From IMG/VR virus record IMGVR_UViG_3300021400_000055, positions 12,908 to 76,907 of that record: 64,000 nt of DNA; one strand, 5' to 3'. The notes under the pieces were generated by a model, which saw only the letters and a list, made by a program, of their open reading frames with translations, searched no databases and was not told the origin of the DNA. A program made the translations under genes and the position numbers. The number at the start of each line of letters is the position of its first letter. Position 1 is the first letter of the stretch. Positions 47,501-56,357 of this stretch are shown piece after piece. The DNA is from a virus. Taxonomy: Duplodnaviria > Heunggongvirae > Uroviricota > Caudoviricetes.

Positions 47501-49629
47501 GATAAATTTATATCTTTGAATAAATCTCCAAATTTGTCTCTTCCTCTAAATAATGACCATCTACGAGCAAATAAAATTTTATCTCCATTATCAGTAGCAT
47601 TACGACCTCTACTCAAACCAAATCTCTTAATACGTTCAGCTGACATTTTATCTTGTTCTTCTGAAGTTGCAGCCATTATTTTCTTATAATTAGCTGTCGT
47701 TTTTGTTAAATTAGCAAAAGTATCTTTTAATTTAGTCACCCAAGAATGTGGATCCTTTATCGTTGTTGATATATCTGACCTTGACATATCTCCATATGCA
47801 ACTCGACTCTTTCCGTATTTACGTACATATTCCATCATACTCAAAGCTTGTTGCATTTGCGATTGCGCCGGTACTAACATCTGAGAAGGGTCATTTTTAG
47901 TTCTGGTTTGTCCTTTTTGTACTCCAGTTATATTCACTCCATTTTTATTAATGGCTTGTATTTCAACTAAAATAGATTGTAGTATTGCTTCACATGGTGC
48001 CATCATCTCTCTAAGTGTTACACCCAATCCTCGTATTGCATCAACTGCTTCGTTCGCTTTGCTATCCGTATTAAACCCAGAAGAATTATCCGCTTCTGTG
48101 CTTTTTATCAAATCCTCAGTTTTTTTATTTGCCGAACTATCAGAAATACGCTCCGCTGTATTTTCAATTTTGTCATAATTTGTTTGTGTTTCAGTAGTTT
48201 TCGTATCTTGATTGATTGCTCGCGTTATCACACTAGAACTTTGTTTTTGTATAGCTTTGTTAGCTTGATTTTCAGCTATCATTCTATTAGCAAAACTGTT
48301 TACTTCTTTACTCACTTTAGATTTTGTGTTTTGTTTTTCCAATTGTGCAAGTTTCATTAATTCTTGATTTATTATCGCTTCTTTTTCTGTCACTTTATCT
48401 AAAAAGCCTGTTATAACAGCTTCCATTTTAGGGTCTCTTGATTTGGCAGTTTTGTCAGTACCCTCTTCTGCATCAATTCCACCTATTTTTCCACTAATAG
48501 TAAATCCGGATTGACTCATTATTACACCGAGTGTTTGTCTTATGTCCGTTAATATAAGTTTACCAGCATCTACACTATAATCTGATATCGTATCTATTGC
48601 ATCAAATATTTTTTGTGTTATTGTTTTTATGTCTGTGTCATTACTTGAATTTTGTAATTTGTCTATTAATTCTGGTAAAATATTATTTCTAATATCATCG
48701 CTCAATCCTTTTGCTTTTTCCATAGGTGATAGAACACGAGCTTCCTTATTCCAAGATGTCTCCCACTTTTCTATTACATCTTTAAAAACTCTTTTTCCAT
48801 TTTCTTCTGCAATGATAGTCTTTCTACTACTTTGGGGGATTTTTTTGTCATTTGCTCGTCTTCGTTTTACTTCCGCTTCTAACTCTTTTTTATTTGTATA
48901 TTTATCTACAACCAAGCTCTCTTTTTCAAATGTTCTTTTTGCATCTAATGCACTTAAAGCCGCTTGGCGAGCACCTCTACTTCCATAAAAACTAACTTCA
49001 CTACGCTTGCTTGCATAGTCATTTGTATTACCAGCATTAATCCAACCACTACCATATTCCTTTGGTAATACTTGTTTAATACCAGTAAATTGTCTTTTTC
49101 TACGAGCTTTGATATCTGAATTAATTTCTTCTTTTGTTATTTTAGCACCAGTATCAATATAACGTTTATTGGCTTTTACTCGTGCTTTACGTTGCTTAGC
49201 TTGTTCTAGTTTCGCTATTTGTTCAGCACGTTTAGTTTCTCTTGCTTGTTTTTGAGTGTTATAAGATTGTATCTGTCCACCCATCAACTTATTTATTTCT
49301 TTATATTGTTTTGTGCCAGCTTTATGCTCTTTCCCTGCTAATCTTTTAAATCTATAGTACGCCTGTGTAAGATCATCTAAATCTTTCTCAGACGAAGAAA
49401 AGCCCTCTTTGAACGTTTTTTTCCATTGAGAAATAACGTCTTTTTGGGCTTTTTCTAAATCCTTCGAGGCATTTTTAATAGGCATTTTTATTTCAGCAGG
49501 TACTTCAATATAACCATCTTTAAGAGAACTTAAAACACCCTTCGCTAAATCTTTCGCAGCTTTTTGCGCACTGCTTTCATCGGCGACAGCGCCGACAGTA
49601 ATATTCAATCCTGTCTCTTTATCAGCCAT
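44551..49629 (-). CDS. tape measure protein
   Basis: 1692 aa, extensive coiled coil, Gly/Ala-rich hydrophobic segment GAGIGAIGGPLGAAIGAAIGGIAGLL, position after chaperone pair. Confidence 0.75.
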   Translation of the reverse strand: MADKETGLNITVGAVADESSAQKAAKDLAKGVLSSLKDGYIEVPAEIKMPIKNASKDLEKAQKDVISQWKKTFKEGFSSSEKDLDDLTQAYYRFKRLAGKEHKAGTKQYKEINKLMGGQIQSYNTQKQARETKRAEQIAKLEQAKQRKARVKANKRYIDTGAKITKEEINSDIKARRKRQFTGIKQVLPKEYGSGWINAGNTNDYASKRSEVSFYGSRGARQAALSALDAKRTFEKESLVVDKYTNKKELEAEVKRRRANDKKIPQSSRKTIIAEENGKRVFKDVIEKWETSWNKEARVLSPMEKAKGLSDDIRNNILPELIDKLQNSSNDTDIKTITQKIFDAIDTISDYSVDAGKLILTDIRQTLGVIMSQSGFTISGKIGGIDAEEGTDKTAKSRDPKMEAVITGFLDKVTEKEAIINQELMKLAQLEKQNTKSKVSKEVNSFANRMIAENQANKAIQKQSSSVITRAINQDTKTTETQTNYDKIENTAERISDSSANKKTEDLIKSTEADNSSGFNTDSKANEAVDAIRGLGVTLREMMAPCEAILQSILVEIQAINKNGVNITGVQKGQTRTKNDPSQMLVPAQSQMQQALSMMEYVRKYGKSRVAYGDMSRSDISTTIKDPHSWVTKLKDTFANLTKTTANYKKIMAATSEEQDKMSAERIKRFGLSRGRNATDNGDKILFARRWSLFRGRDKFGDLFKDINLSKGVKVDTTDITDRLAKALSGKEMFKAQTGGFKSNILGAMTGGLSFAFTPSLEKSRARAEGVNQIMANIRKAANDILQDIQSKESTLSGMRASGDLKLGANGEILEGSTTEAKTLVLQLEESKQVLASILADAGMVDQVVGRTHGRLGGIIKQLGFTSPVLRQNNHILANLNAGLDKTGKALKNQTRLSEVLNYTYRLMTRHTAQIFKNFLLQLNPITQIKKAFQDFMGYNTKWQRTMNVIKYNLRTILRPFMDWVSQKLVNIIGFVDIISMKIQEAFGKMPVSLFDQVAADAEKTKEELEAAANVTAGFDELHDIGTDNSGAMDLLGDIYKPQLSEQWRKLAEDIGDLFAGLIKGDLGFGEAMKRIFTILLDGLKAIATTIWNWFKQTAIGKWITEHWKDLLKNLLTIFLGWQLLKIAGKLLWKALFGNFTGTAIKGVFSKVGGWILKALGATAFGKGIIEGITDIFTGSGGLLTTLKSIFVGHEAITAFGAWGETLGALFAQSLLTVVGVAIAGIAIKKGTDKVKNNTAYNTGLMEYGGNEKDKKSNLGTILGTTAIAAGGGALSGLALGAGIGAIGGPLGAAIGAAIGGIAGLLATSLAPAFEQAEIAARNMNNEMLKVEQYEGRVQGAQTQVSIFDEQLQLLKQSLDYTTQSVYDQGEKLGISKTRMDELVKATQDGTFTTGMLSGAEIGLSSSLTDLAQKQEHVTKVSAKLEEAQKKLLKAQTELAIAQDIEAKNFEVAAARIEVAEEQGVYSTEEATKKRIQLYKQGGDEERKNLLQNLTDEQRAKMVEYKAVTDKELGELSKIWQESSSDVKKALLEGVGTDTQTKFKQEMSEIDKIVQQHQSFWQGVGDTLKEIFTFGHSNTWTYNGYEKASKLKIQGYATGTNYVPNDGLAYLHRGEAVIPKKYNTPYQTNNNAGLEEAINQLNQQVAQIGNQVNQGINIKGQFVQKGSDLVATVEKANKKLSNNILNNKVYAR

Positions 49630-49663
49630 ATTTACTACCTCCTACAACCTAAAATCTATATTA

Positions 49664-50053
49664 TTACAATCCATTTTGAAAATAACTATCAGGATGTTTT
49701 TTCACACTTTTGTTTAATCTTTTTTCATAATCTTCCCTTAACCAATCTGGTACAGGTGCTTTTGGTTTTGTTTCAAACATTTCTGGCATAGCTTCTTCTA
49801 ATTTTGCTGGGTAAACTTTTGCACCAAATGCGGCTCTGTTCATACTACCCATACGCCATAATTTATAAGCCAATCCTTCTCTTTTATATTTCAAAATAAA
49901 CAATAACTCCTTACAAGAATAATCATAAAGAGTCCTTAATTCACAACCTTGTTTAACCAACTCAGCGTAAAGATCATGAACTGCGTGAAATCCTGCTAAT
50001 GGATCATACTTGTTTTCTTCTTCAACTAATTTATTTAGTCCAAACTTTTTCAC
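49664..50053 (-). CDS. tail assembly chaperone, downstream overlapping ORF (GT-like)
   Basis: overlaps upstream ORF by 23 nt at A-rich GUGAAAAAGUUU. Confidence 0.4.
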   Translation of the reverse strand: MKKFGLNKLVEEENKYDPLAGFHAVHDLYAELVKQGCELRTLYDYSCKELLFILKYKREGLAYKLWRMGSMNRAAFGAKVYPAKLEEAMPEMFETKPKAPVPDWLREDYEKRLNKSVKKHPDSYFQNGL

Positions 50054-50381
50054 TAGCTTCTGGACTGGGAGTCATTGGTATTTCTGATTTTTGAACTAGT
50101 CCAGATTTTTGAACAATTTCTGCTAAATATTTTTCAGCTAATTGTTGCATTCCATATTGTTCTAACAACGCATCAAATAAGTCTGCTTCATTTCCATACT
50201 TTACTTTACATTCATTACTTGCACAAGCATAAAATATATTAACCATAGTTGTAAAGTCTGGATTTTCAAATGCTTCAAATATATTTCTTTTCAATTTGTT
50301 CTCTAAATATAAAATATTAGAGCTTTTTAATTTAAATTTATATTCTACTCCTTGTATTTCTATAATTACTTCGCTATCCAT
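50031..50381 (-). CDS. tail assembly chaperone (G-like)
   Basis: 116 aa acidic ORF between major tail gene and tape measure gene. Confidence 0.45.
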   Translation of the reverse strand: MDSEVIIEIQGVEYKFKLKSSNILYLENKLKRNIFEAFENPDFTTMVNIFYACASNECKVKYGNEADLFDALLEQYGMQQLAEKYLAEIVQKSGLVQKSEIPMTPSPEASEKVWTK

Positions 50382-50481
50382 ATTAATTTCAATCCTCCTA
50401 TTAGATATAATAAAATGGTGGATGTAAACGCCCGAAGATTGATTTTGGCTAAACTGCCCACCAAAAGTTTAGTTTATTAAA

Positions 50482-51006
50482 TTAATTACTTGAATCTGCT
50501 GGTAATGATACTTTAATATCACTTCTAACATCATGATAAATATTGAATTTTTCAATATCTTGTTGAGCATCAGCTGTGTAAGAGATATGAGTTCTAGCAT
50601 CATATTCAATTATAACACCTGAAGCTTTTACTACTACCCAGTGAGCTTTTATATTGTCATCGGCTAATCCTTTAACTGCACGTAAGTTATGTTGTACACC
50701 ATCTGGTACATCGGCGAAAGTCATCATATTGATTTCATATGTAACTTCTGCAGCTGGTTGTAGTCCTAATACAGATGTTTCTGATTTAGTATTATCTAAT
50801 GTTGTTGTGTCTATTGTATTTGGTTGTCCACCAAAATCTGGTGTTGAAGACAAACCATAAACTCTTGTATAACTTCCTAATGCAGTTTTTAATGCATCTG
50901 GATCATAAGAACCATTATTACCAATAAAATCATTTCCGTCAGTAGATTGTTTAAAATATAACGCAGTACCAAGCGTAGCTTGTTGTACTTTTGCATCTGG
51001 ATCCAT
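50482..51006 (-). CDS. major tail protein (by position)
   Basis: 174 aa ORF preceding chaperones; strong AGGAGG RBS. Confidence 0.4.
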   Translation of the reverse strand: MDPDAKVQQATLGTALYFKQSTDGNDFIGNNGSYDPDALKTALGSYTRVYGLSSTPDFGGQPNTIDTTTLDNTKSETSVLGLQPAAEVTYEINMMTFADVPDGVQHNLRAVKGLADDNIKAHWVVVKASGVIIEYDARTHISYTADAQQDIEKFNIYHDVRSDIKVSLPADSSN

Positions 51007-51059
51007 AATATTACCTCCTATATAAAATATTTTCTTAACAAAGTATTTAGTTCAGTGGA

Positions 51060-51443
51060 TTATCGTAATGTTTTTTCCAATGTATTTAATTGTGCATATG
51101 CAGTTAACATACATTCTCTATAACCTGTATCAGGTGTAATTGGGCTATCTTGTGTGGTAGGTCTAAGTCTCAACTCTCCCAATTTATCACATATTGCGTC
51201 TAAATATCTATCGAACTCAGCTTGCGTACCACCTTTTGTAGATAAATAACCAATTATAGAAATTGTGTATTGTTCATTGTCATAAGATAAATCTCTATGA
51301 TTCAAACTAGTTCTGACATCATACCCAAAATAATATCTTCCTTCTTCAACAAGGTCTTGAGCCACAATGATACCAGCTTCTAGCCCTTCTATCTCATTTA
51401 GTTTTGCTTGTACAAGCCTACGAATATTATTTATTAATGCCAT
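51060..51443 (-). CDS. head-tail joining/tail completion protein
   Basis: position. Confidence 0.3.
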   Translation of the reverse strand: MALINNIRRLVQAKLNEIEGLEAGIIVAQDLVEEGRYYFGYDVRTSLNHRDLSYDNEQYTISIIGYLSTKGGTQAEFDRYLDAICDKLGELRLRPTTQDSPITPDTGYRECMLTAYAQLNTLEKTLR

Positions 51444-51464
51444 TGTGTCTCACTCCTTTCTATG

Positions 51465-52031
51465 CTATTTCTGTTTTTTCAAATATCTTGGGTTAATGTT
51501 TTTACTTCCATTGGTGCGTATTTCGATTTCCACTTTGTTCAAGAAATCTCGCATATGTTCTCTGGTACGTGCTTCAAAATTATGTGGTTCTTGTGGTATA
51601 TATTTCGAAAATTTTTTACCACCATCGTAACTATAGGTATCATTCTTCGGTGTATCTGTAGTACCAAATTTCAAATAATCATAAACTTCCGTTGTGGACA
51701 CTCCATTATCATACTCTTCATCTCGCACCATAGCTTTTACATTATCTCCGTCTATTATGGCATATATATTTCTTGCTAATTTACCAGTATGGTGATAAGG
51801 TTTAACTTTTTGATGTTTGTGAGTTTCATTATAGTACTGAGTATCTTTTCCTTTCTTTGTCACGGGTTTATATGAAGTATAAACTTGGAAGCTCAATTCT
51901 TTTTCTAATTCATCTCGCACCATAGCTTTTAATTTAATACCTTCGTCTTTTGCTATAGCTAATAAACTTTTTTTAATGGTTGCTTCCACTGGTCCAATAC
52001 CGGTGATTTGACCTAATTTATTTCTTGCCAT
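51465..52031 (-). CDS. head-tail connector / neck protein
   Basis: position. Confidence 0.3.
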   Translation of the reverse strand: MARNKLGQITGIGPVEATIKKSLLAIAKDEGIKLKAMVRDELEKELSFQVYTSYKPVTKKGKDTQYYNETHKHQKVKPYHHTGKLARNIYAIIDGDNVKAMVRDEEYDNGVSTTEVYDYLKFGTTDTPKNDTYSYDGGKKFSKYIPQEPHNFEARTREHMRDFLNKVEIEIRTNGSKNINPRYLKKQK

Positions 52032-52035
52032 AGTA

Positions 52036-52368
52036 TCACCTCCATTGTATATCTAAATATAACGGAGTGACTTTAACTATTGCGTATTTATGATTTTTCC
52101 ACTCAACTAAATACTTTGTTAAGTTATCTGGAGAATTATTAGTTTTCTCCAACAAAAAAGGTTCTAAATCATTATAGATAGATTTGAAACGATATGTCTT
52201 TAATAAATTCGCCCCATATGCACTTTTATCCACTTCATCTGACGCAAGATATTGAATGGCTCCATCAGCATGGAATATATCTTCATATTCTTCGATTTTG
52301 TCACCATCTACACCTCTTGTCGATTTAAGACTATAAAGTATTATGGGTTGTAATTTTGTAAGTAACAT
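52036..52368 (-). CDS. head-tail adaptor protein
   Basis: position directly after capsid gene. Confidence 0.3.
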   Translation of the reverse strand: MLLTKLQPIILYSLKSTRGVDGDKIEEYEDIFHADGAIQYLASDEVDKSAYGANLLKTYRFKSIYNDLEPFLLEKTNNSPDNLTKYLVEWKNHKYAIVKVTPLYLDIQWR

Positions 52369-52403
52369 ATCGTTCCTCCTCTCTTTAATAATTCTTAATT
52401 AAA

Positions 52404-53309
52404 TTACATAGATGCACCAGCGCTTACATTAAATGCTATAGCACCTGTTCTATTATTTAAAATGAATACATCAGAATATTCTTTTTCATAATAGATGTAA
52501 TCACCTTTTGTTCCAGCAGCTGGAGCTTCCATTCCAACAAATGCATATTTGTTTGGAGTTAAGATAGCTGATGGATGTACTAAGAATAAATTGATTTGTT
52601 TAGCAGAATCTGATGGAGCAAATCCTGTATCAAAATCATAAGCAGTCTTCATTAAGAATGAAGGTACTGTTATTAATTTGATTTCATCTAATCTATCAAC
52701 TATTCTATTGATTGCATTTTCTCCATTTTGAACACTTCTTGATAAACCAATTTGAGAAGCTGATTTTAATAATGTTTTAACAGCTGGAGTAACATATAAT
52801 AATCTTCCTTGTGAAGGTACTAATGCTTCGTCCATTCCTTCCATTAATTTATCGAATACAGTTAATACATTATCAACAGTTAAAGCTGTTGTATCAGCTG
52901 TTTTTCCTTCTGCTACCCAATCTGTATAAATTTTACTTATTGTATAAGCATCTTTTTCTGGGAATTTTTGTGTTTCATTGAATACTTTTGTTGCATTTTG
53001 GATAGTTAATACCATATTAGTATCCATAACGTCTGCTGGGTCAATACTTGTAGACCACTCTCTGTAGAATGTTAAAGTTTTTGTTTCCCATTCATTATCT
53101 ACATTTCTTTGGAAAACACCATCTATACTATCTCTGTTAACATTTTTTCTTCCTGTAACAGAAATTGATGGAATGTGAATTGTTTTTGCATCTACAAATC
53201 TATAAGTTTGATTGTTAGCAACGTTATACAATTCACCAAAATTAAGCACATTTGGATATGCTTGAGCTAATGCTCTTTCATAAGCTTCTGCATAATTTAC
53301 TGCTGCCAT
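52404..53309 (-). CDS. major capsid protein
   Basis: 301 aa; strong GGAGGAAT RBS; own promoter-like upstream region; loose resemblance to SPP1 gp13-type capsid proteins; position ahead of connector/tail genes. Confidence 0.55.
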   Translation of the reverse strand: MAAVNYAEAYERALAQAYPNVLNFGELYNVANNQTYRFVDAKTIHIPSISVTGRKNVNRDSIDGVFQRNVDNEWETKTLTFYREWSTSIDPADVMDTNMVLTIQNATKVFNETQKFPEKDAYTISKIYTDWVAEGKTADTTALTVDNVLTVFDKLMEGMDEALVPSQGRLLYVTPAVKTLLKSASQIGLSRSVQNGENAINRIVDRLDEIKLITVPSFLMKTAYDFDTGFAPSDSAKQINLFLVHPSAILTPNKYAFVGMEAPAAGTKGDYIYYEKEYSDVFILNNRTGAIAFNVSAGASM

Positions 53310-53483
53310 AATAAATTCCTCCTTTAAAAAAATTTAAGTCCGTAGTAAACGGAAATGGGTTTACTACATAACTTTACATTATATAGAAATATTACCCATT
53401 CCATTTACTACAGACTTAATGTGTTTCTCATATTTAAAGACAATAATATATCAAAAAGACTATAGTCCCCAGAACATATCTAT

Positions 53484-53516
53484 TTCTGTTCACATTATAT
53501 AATATAACTGAACAGT
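53484..53516. promoter_or_regulatory. CTGTTCAC ... CTGAACAG imperfect palindrome flanking TATATAATATA (promoter/operator upstream of capsid gene)
   Basis: tttctgttcacattatataatataactgaacag. Confidence 0.4.
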
Positions 53517-53537
53517 TTGTCAATAGGAATTTAAAAA

Positions 53538-53897
53538 TTAATTAACTTTCCAAATATCCCACAATTCTCTATCTCTACAATCAAAGGTATCATATACAAC
53601 ACCATCGATTACAGTAGTTATGTGATTTGGCATGGTAACTAGATATGTACCTATAGTGCATCTATCAACAAAATCTCCGACTGTTTCGTGTGGATATGTT
53701 TCAATTCTATTGTATCTATAATCCAATAGAGGTTCAACAAAATTCACGTCATCTAATAATATGCCATTTTTCTTTGCTATTCTACTCAGATCATCATACG
53801 TTTCACTCCAACTTTTATCTTCAGCGGTAGAAATAGCACGGATCACACAATCATTCACAAAATTATTATGTTCATTCGCATTATAATATTTATACAT
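53538..53897 (-). CDS. hypothetical protein
   Basis: ORF. Confidence 0.4.
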   Translation of the reverse strand: MYKYYNANEHNNFVNDCVIRAISTAEDKSWSETYDDLSRIAKKNGILLDDVNFVEPLLDYRYNRIETYPHETVGDFVDRCTIGTYLVTMPNHITTVIDGVVYDTFDCRDRELWDIWKVN

Positions 53898-53902
53898 TTA
53901 TA

Positions 53903-54436
53903 CTACCCCATTTGACTTATTTTTCTTAAATGTTTTCTAATTATTTGTTTTGCTTCTGGAGAATCAACCTCTTGAACCATTTTTTGGGCAAATTCTGTGA
54001 ATAATCGCATTGTATCTTCTAACGCTTCCATACTATCTTGTCCTGCGTTATAATTTCCTCTGCTATAAGCGTTTCTACTTTCAGAATACGCACTATAACT
54101 TTCTCTCATATCTTCAATCATGTCTTCTCCATCATCGTGCCCTCTGTATCTACCTCTTCCTGTTCCTGGTACACCACGTCTACCATATCTTCCTTCAGAA
54201 TATTCTCCTTCTGAATATTCACCATAGTTATTATATCTCATTTTCATAACCTCCTTTTTAACATTCCAATAATCAATATTTTCTAAATCTTTATTGATAT
54301 CTATTAATTTATATAATGTATCAATATCCTCTGCGTTTAAATCTGTGTCAGAATATTGTTCTAACTCTTTCGTCACAAGATTTTTTATTTTTTCTATGTA
54401 ACTTAAGTCTTCTTTCTTGTCATCTTCTTCGTTCAT
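53903..54436 (-). CDS. acidic scaffold-like protein
   Basis: highly charged, repeated EYSEG, RG-rich middle, position upstream of capsid. Confidence 0.35.
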   Translation of the reverse strand: MNEEDDKKEDLSYIEKIKNLVTKELEQYSDTDLNAEDIDTLYKLIDINKDLENIDYWNVKKEVMKMRYNNYGEYSEGEYSEGRYGRRGVPGTGRGRYRGHDDGEDMIEDMRESYSAYSESRNAYSRGNYNAGQDSMEALEDTMRLFTEFAQKMVQEVDSPEAKQIIRKHLRKISQMG

Positions 54437-54437
54437 T

Positions 54438-54609
54438 ATTTACCTCCTTTCAGAGTTTCTATAATTTCTTTATTCTGTTGAATTATCGTATCCAATAATT
54501 TATCTTGATGTTCCAAATACTTCATTAAATCCGTATTATTAAAATCAGTTATTAATATAAAAAAGCTTAACCATTGTATCAAATTCGTCACATCATCATA
54601 AGTATTCAT
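54438..54609 (-). CDS. small hypothetical protein (57 aa), translationally coupled (TAATG overlaps at both ends)
   Basis: MNTYDDVTNLIQWLSFFILITDFNNTDLMKYLEHQDKLLDTIIQQNKEIIETLKGGK. Confidence 0.35.
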
Positions 54610-54893
54610 TAATTGTTACTCCTTGATATATTAAATGTACCGTTTGTAATTATTGGAATTTGAGTTACTATTGGTGTTTCAGGTGTAGTTGGTGTTGGTA
54701 CACTTGGAACGCTTCCTATAGTTATAGAAGTATCTCCTTTTGGACATATTCTTAGCTTCCTGTTAAGTGAGATAGTTTCATAATCGTCAGCTGCTCCAAT
54801 TGTTACTGCTCTAACTGTATCAGGAATCAAAACACCATCTTCATATAATCCAATGGCCACAACTCCGTGCTGTTGCCGAGCTAACAGACGCAC
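54609..54893 (-). CDS. hypothetical protein with Thr/Pro-rich linker
   Basis: ORF. Confidence 0.35.
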   Translation of the reverse strand: MRLLARQQHGVVAIGLYEDGVLIPDTVRAVTIGAADDYETISLNRKLRICPKGDTSITIGSVPSVPTPTTPETPIVTQIPIITNGTFNISRSNN

Positions 54894-55089
54894 TAAAATT
54901 TACGTTATAGTATCCATTATAATTATTTCCAAATATTTTGAATATTGGATTACCATTTTCATAATCTAACCAACCACCATTGCAACAATAAGCACATCTT
55001 GTTCTTATACTTGTTATATCAAATACTATTGGACTTGAATTACTAGCTAATGCTTTTGGTTCATTTATAATTGTTTGTATCATATTCAT
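54841..55089 (-). CDS. hypothetical Cys-containing small protein
   Basis: ORF. Confidence 0.3.
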   Translation of the reverse strand: MNMIQTIINEPKALASNSSPIVFDITSIRTRCAYCCNGGWLDYENGNPIFKIFGNNYNGYYNVNFSASVSSATARSCGHWII

Positions 55090-55203
55090 TCTCCTTTCAT
55101 ATCATAATAAAAATAAAGAGAATAAGCTCTTGCTCACTCTCAAAATTTAAGCAAGTTCTCGTATTCGAGTATCCTGTAATCAGGTGTTTGCTTCATTATT
55201 TAA

Positions 55204-56088
55204 TTAAAAATTTCCATTACATCCGCATCCACAACCATTGTTGCTTGAACAATTGAATATAGGGGTATTTCCATACACCGGTTGAGCTGGAATAGGGCAT
55301 GAACGAAGTTCAGATACAAGTTGATTTGCTGTAACAGCTTGTGAAGCTCTTATATCAGCAGTTTGTTGAACTTGACTTGCTTGACCTCTAGCATATAGAT
55401 TCTCTTGACGTAATTGACCAATTAAATCATTTTTAGCTTCTAATTGTGCTTTGACTCCGTCTAATTCTAATTGACATAGCTTATCAAGAATAGCTTGGCT
55501 ATTTCTATTTTGTGATTCAATTATGTCTCTTGTGTTGTTAGCATCAGCAAATCTTGTTGCGTTACCTTCGTTTTGGATGATATTTTGTGTTTGGCAATTA
55601 GCTAAACGATTTTCGCAACAACAGTCAGCAAATTGAGAACTTAATTGATTGAATCCTTGTAACATCGCTGTTTGATTAGCAAAGTTTTGGTTCATATTAG
55701 CTATTTGTCTTGCATTAGCAGAACTTTCTGCATTAGCAAATCCAGAGCTCACTGTTTGGTTAACTCCAGCAAATCCATTGCAAAGTTGTGTACTGATACC
55801 TTGTATAGAATTATTTAAGCTTGTTAATTGGTTTGCTAATTGTAATGTATTGAATCCATCGTTAGTGTTTTGCATTATTTCCTTTTGACCATTAGATAAC
55901 CAAGGATACATGTTGTCTCCTCCGAAACCTCCGCCGAAACCGCCGTTATTCCAGCCTCCCATAGCAAAAATTAGAAATAATATTATCCACCAAGCTCCGT
56001 CTCCACCAAAACCTCCGAAACCGCCGTTATTTCTGTCTTGGATCAAGGCTACGTCTGAAGCAGATAAACCACCATTTCCGTAATCCAT
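55204..56088 (-). CDS. glycine-zipper membrane protein with Q/N-rich C-terminal domain
   Basis: GGFGGFGGDGAWWIILFLIFAMGGWNNGGFGGGFGG single TM flanked by Gly repeats; C-terminal Q/N-rich segment ending CSSNNGCGCGCNGNF. Confidence 0.45.
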   Translation of the reverse strand: MDYGNGGLSASDVALIQDRNNGGFGGFGGDGAWWIILFLIFAMGGWNNGGFGGGFGGDNMYPWLSNGQKEIMQNTNDGFNTLQLANQLTSLNNSIQGISTQLCNGFAGVNQTVSSGFANAESSANARQIANMNQNFANQTAMLQGFNQLSSQFADCCCENRLANCQTQNIIQNEGNATRFADANNTRDIIESQNRNSQAILDKLCQLELDGVKAQLEAKNDLIGQLRQENLYARGQASQVQQTADIRASQAVTANQLVSELRSCPIPAQPVYGNTPIFNCSSNNGCGCGCNGNF

Positions 56089-56133
56089 AAATTTCCCTCC
56101 TTCTTAAAAATATTTATATTATTGCAATAATAT

Positions 56134-56355
56134 CTATTTTAAAGTATTTTTAAATTTATTAAATTCTGTATCAAAATCTAAGCCACGTTGTTTACATATA
56201 TTTCTTGCAAATGTTTCTACACCTTTTGTGTCACCATTCTGAGCCATATTGATCACATTATTTAAAATTGGATTATTTATACTCATTTTGCTTAATATAT
56301 TTTTTGGTGTAAGTCCTTGAAACATATATTGTTTTATAAGATTCATCGGATTCAT
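56134..56355 (-). CDS. hypothetical protein
   Basis: ORF. Confidence 0.35.
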   Translation of the reverse strand: MNPMNLIKQYMFQGLTPKNILSKMSINNPILNNVINMAQNGDTKGVETFARNICKQRGLDFDTEFNKFKNTLK

Positions 56356-56357
56356 AT

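Noticed and set aside
45659-48988. Several 60-120 aa plus-strand track ORFs inside the tape measure gene (45659..45910, 46193..46697, 47468..47689, 47951..48178, 48629..48988)
   Set aside because: They lie antisense to a 1692 aa gene with a continuous reading frame, have low-complexity composition and no RBS; they are spurious.
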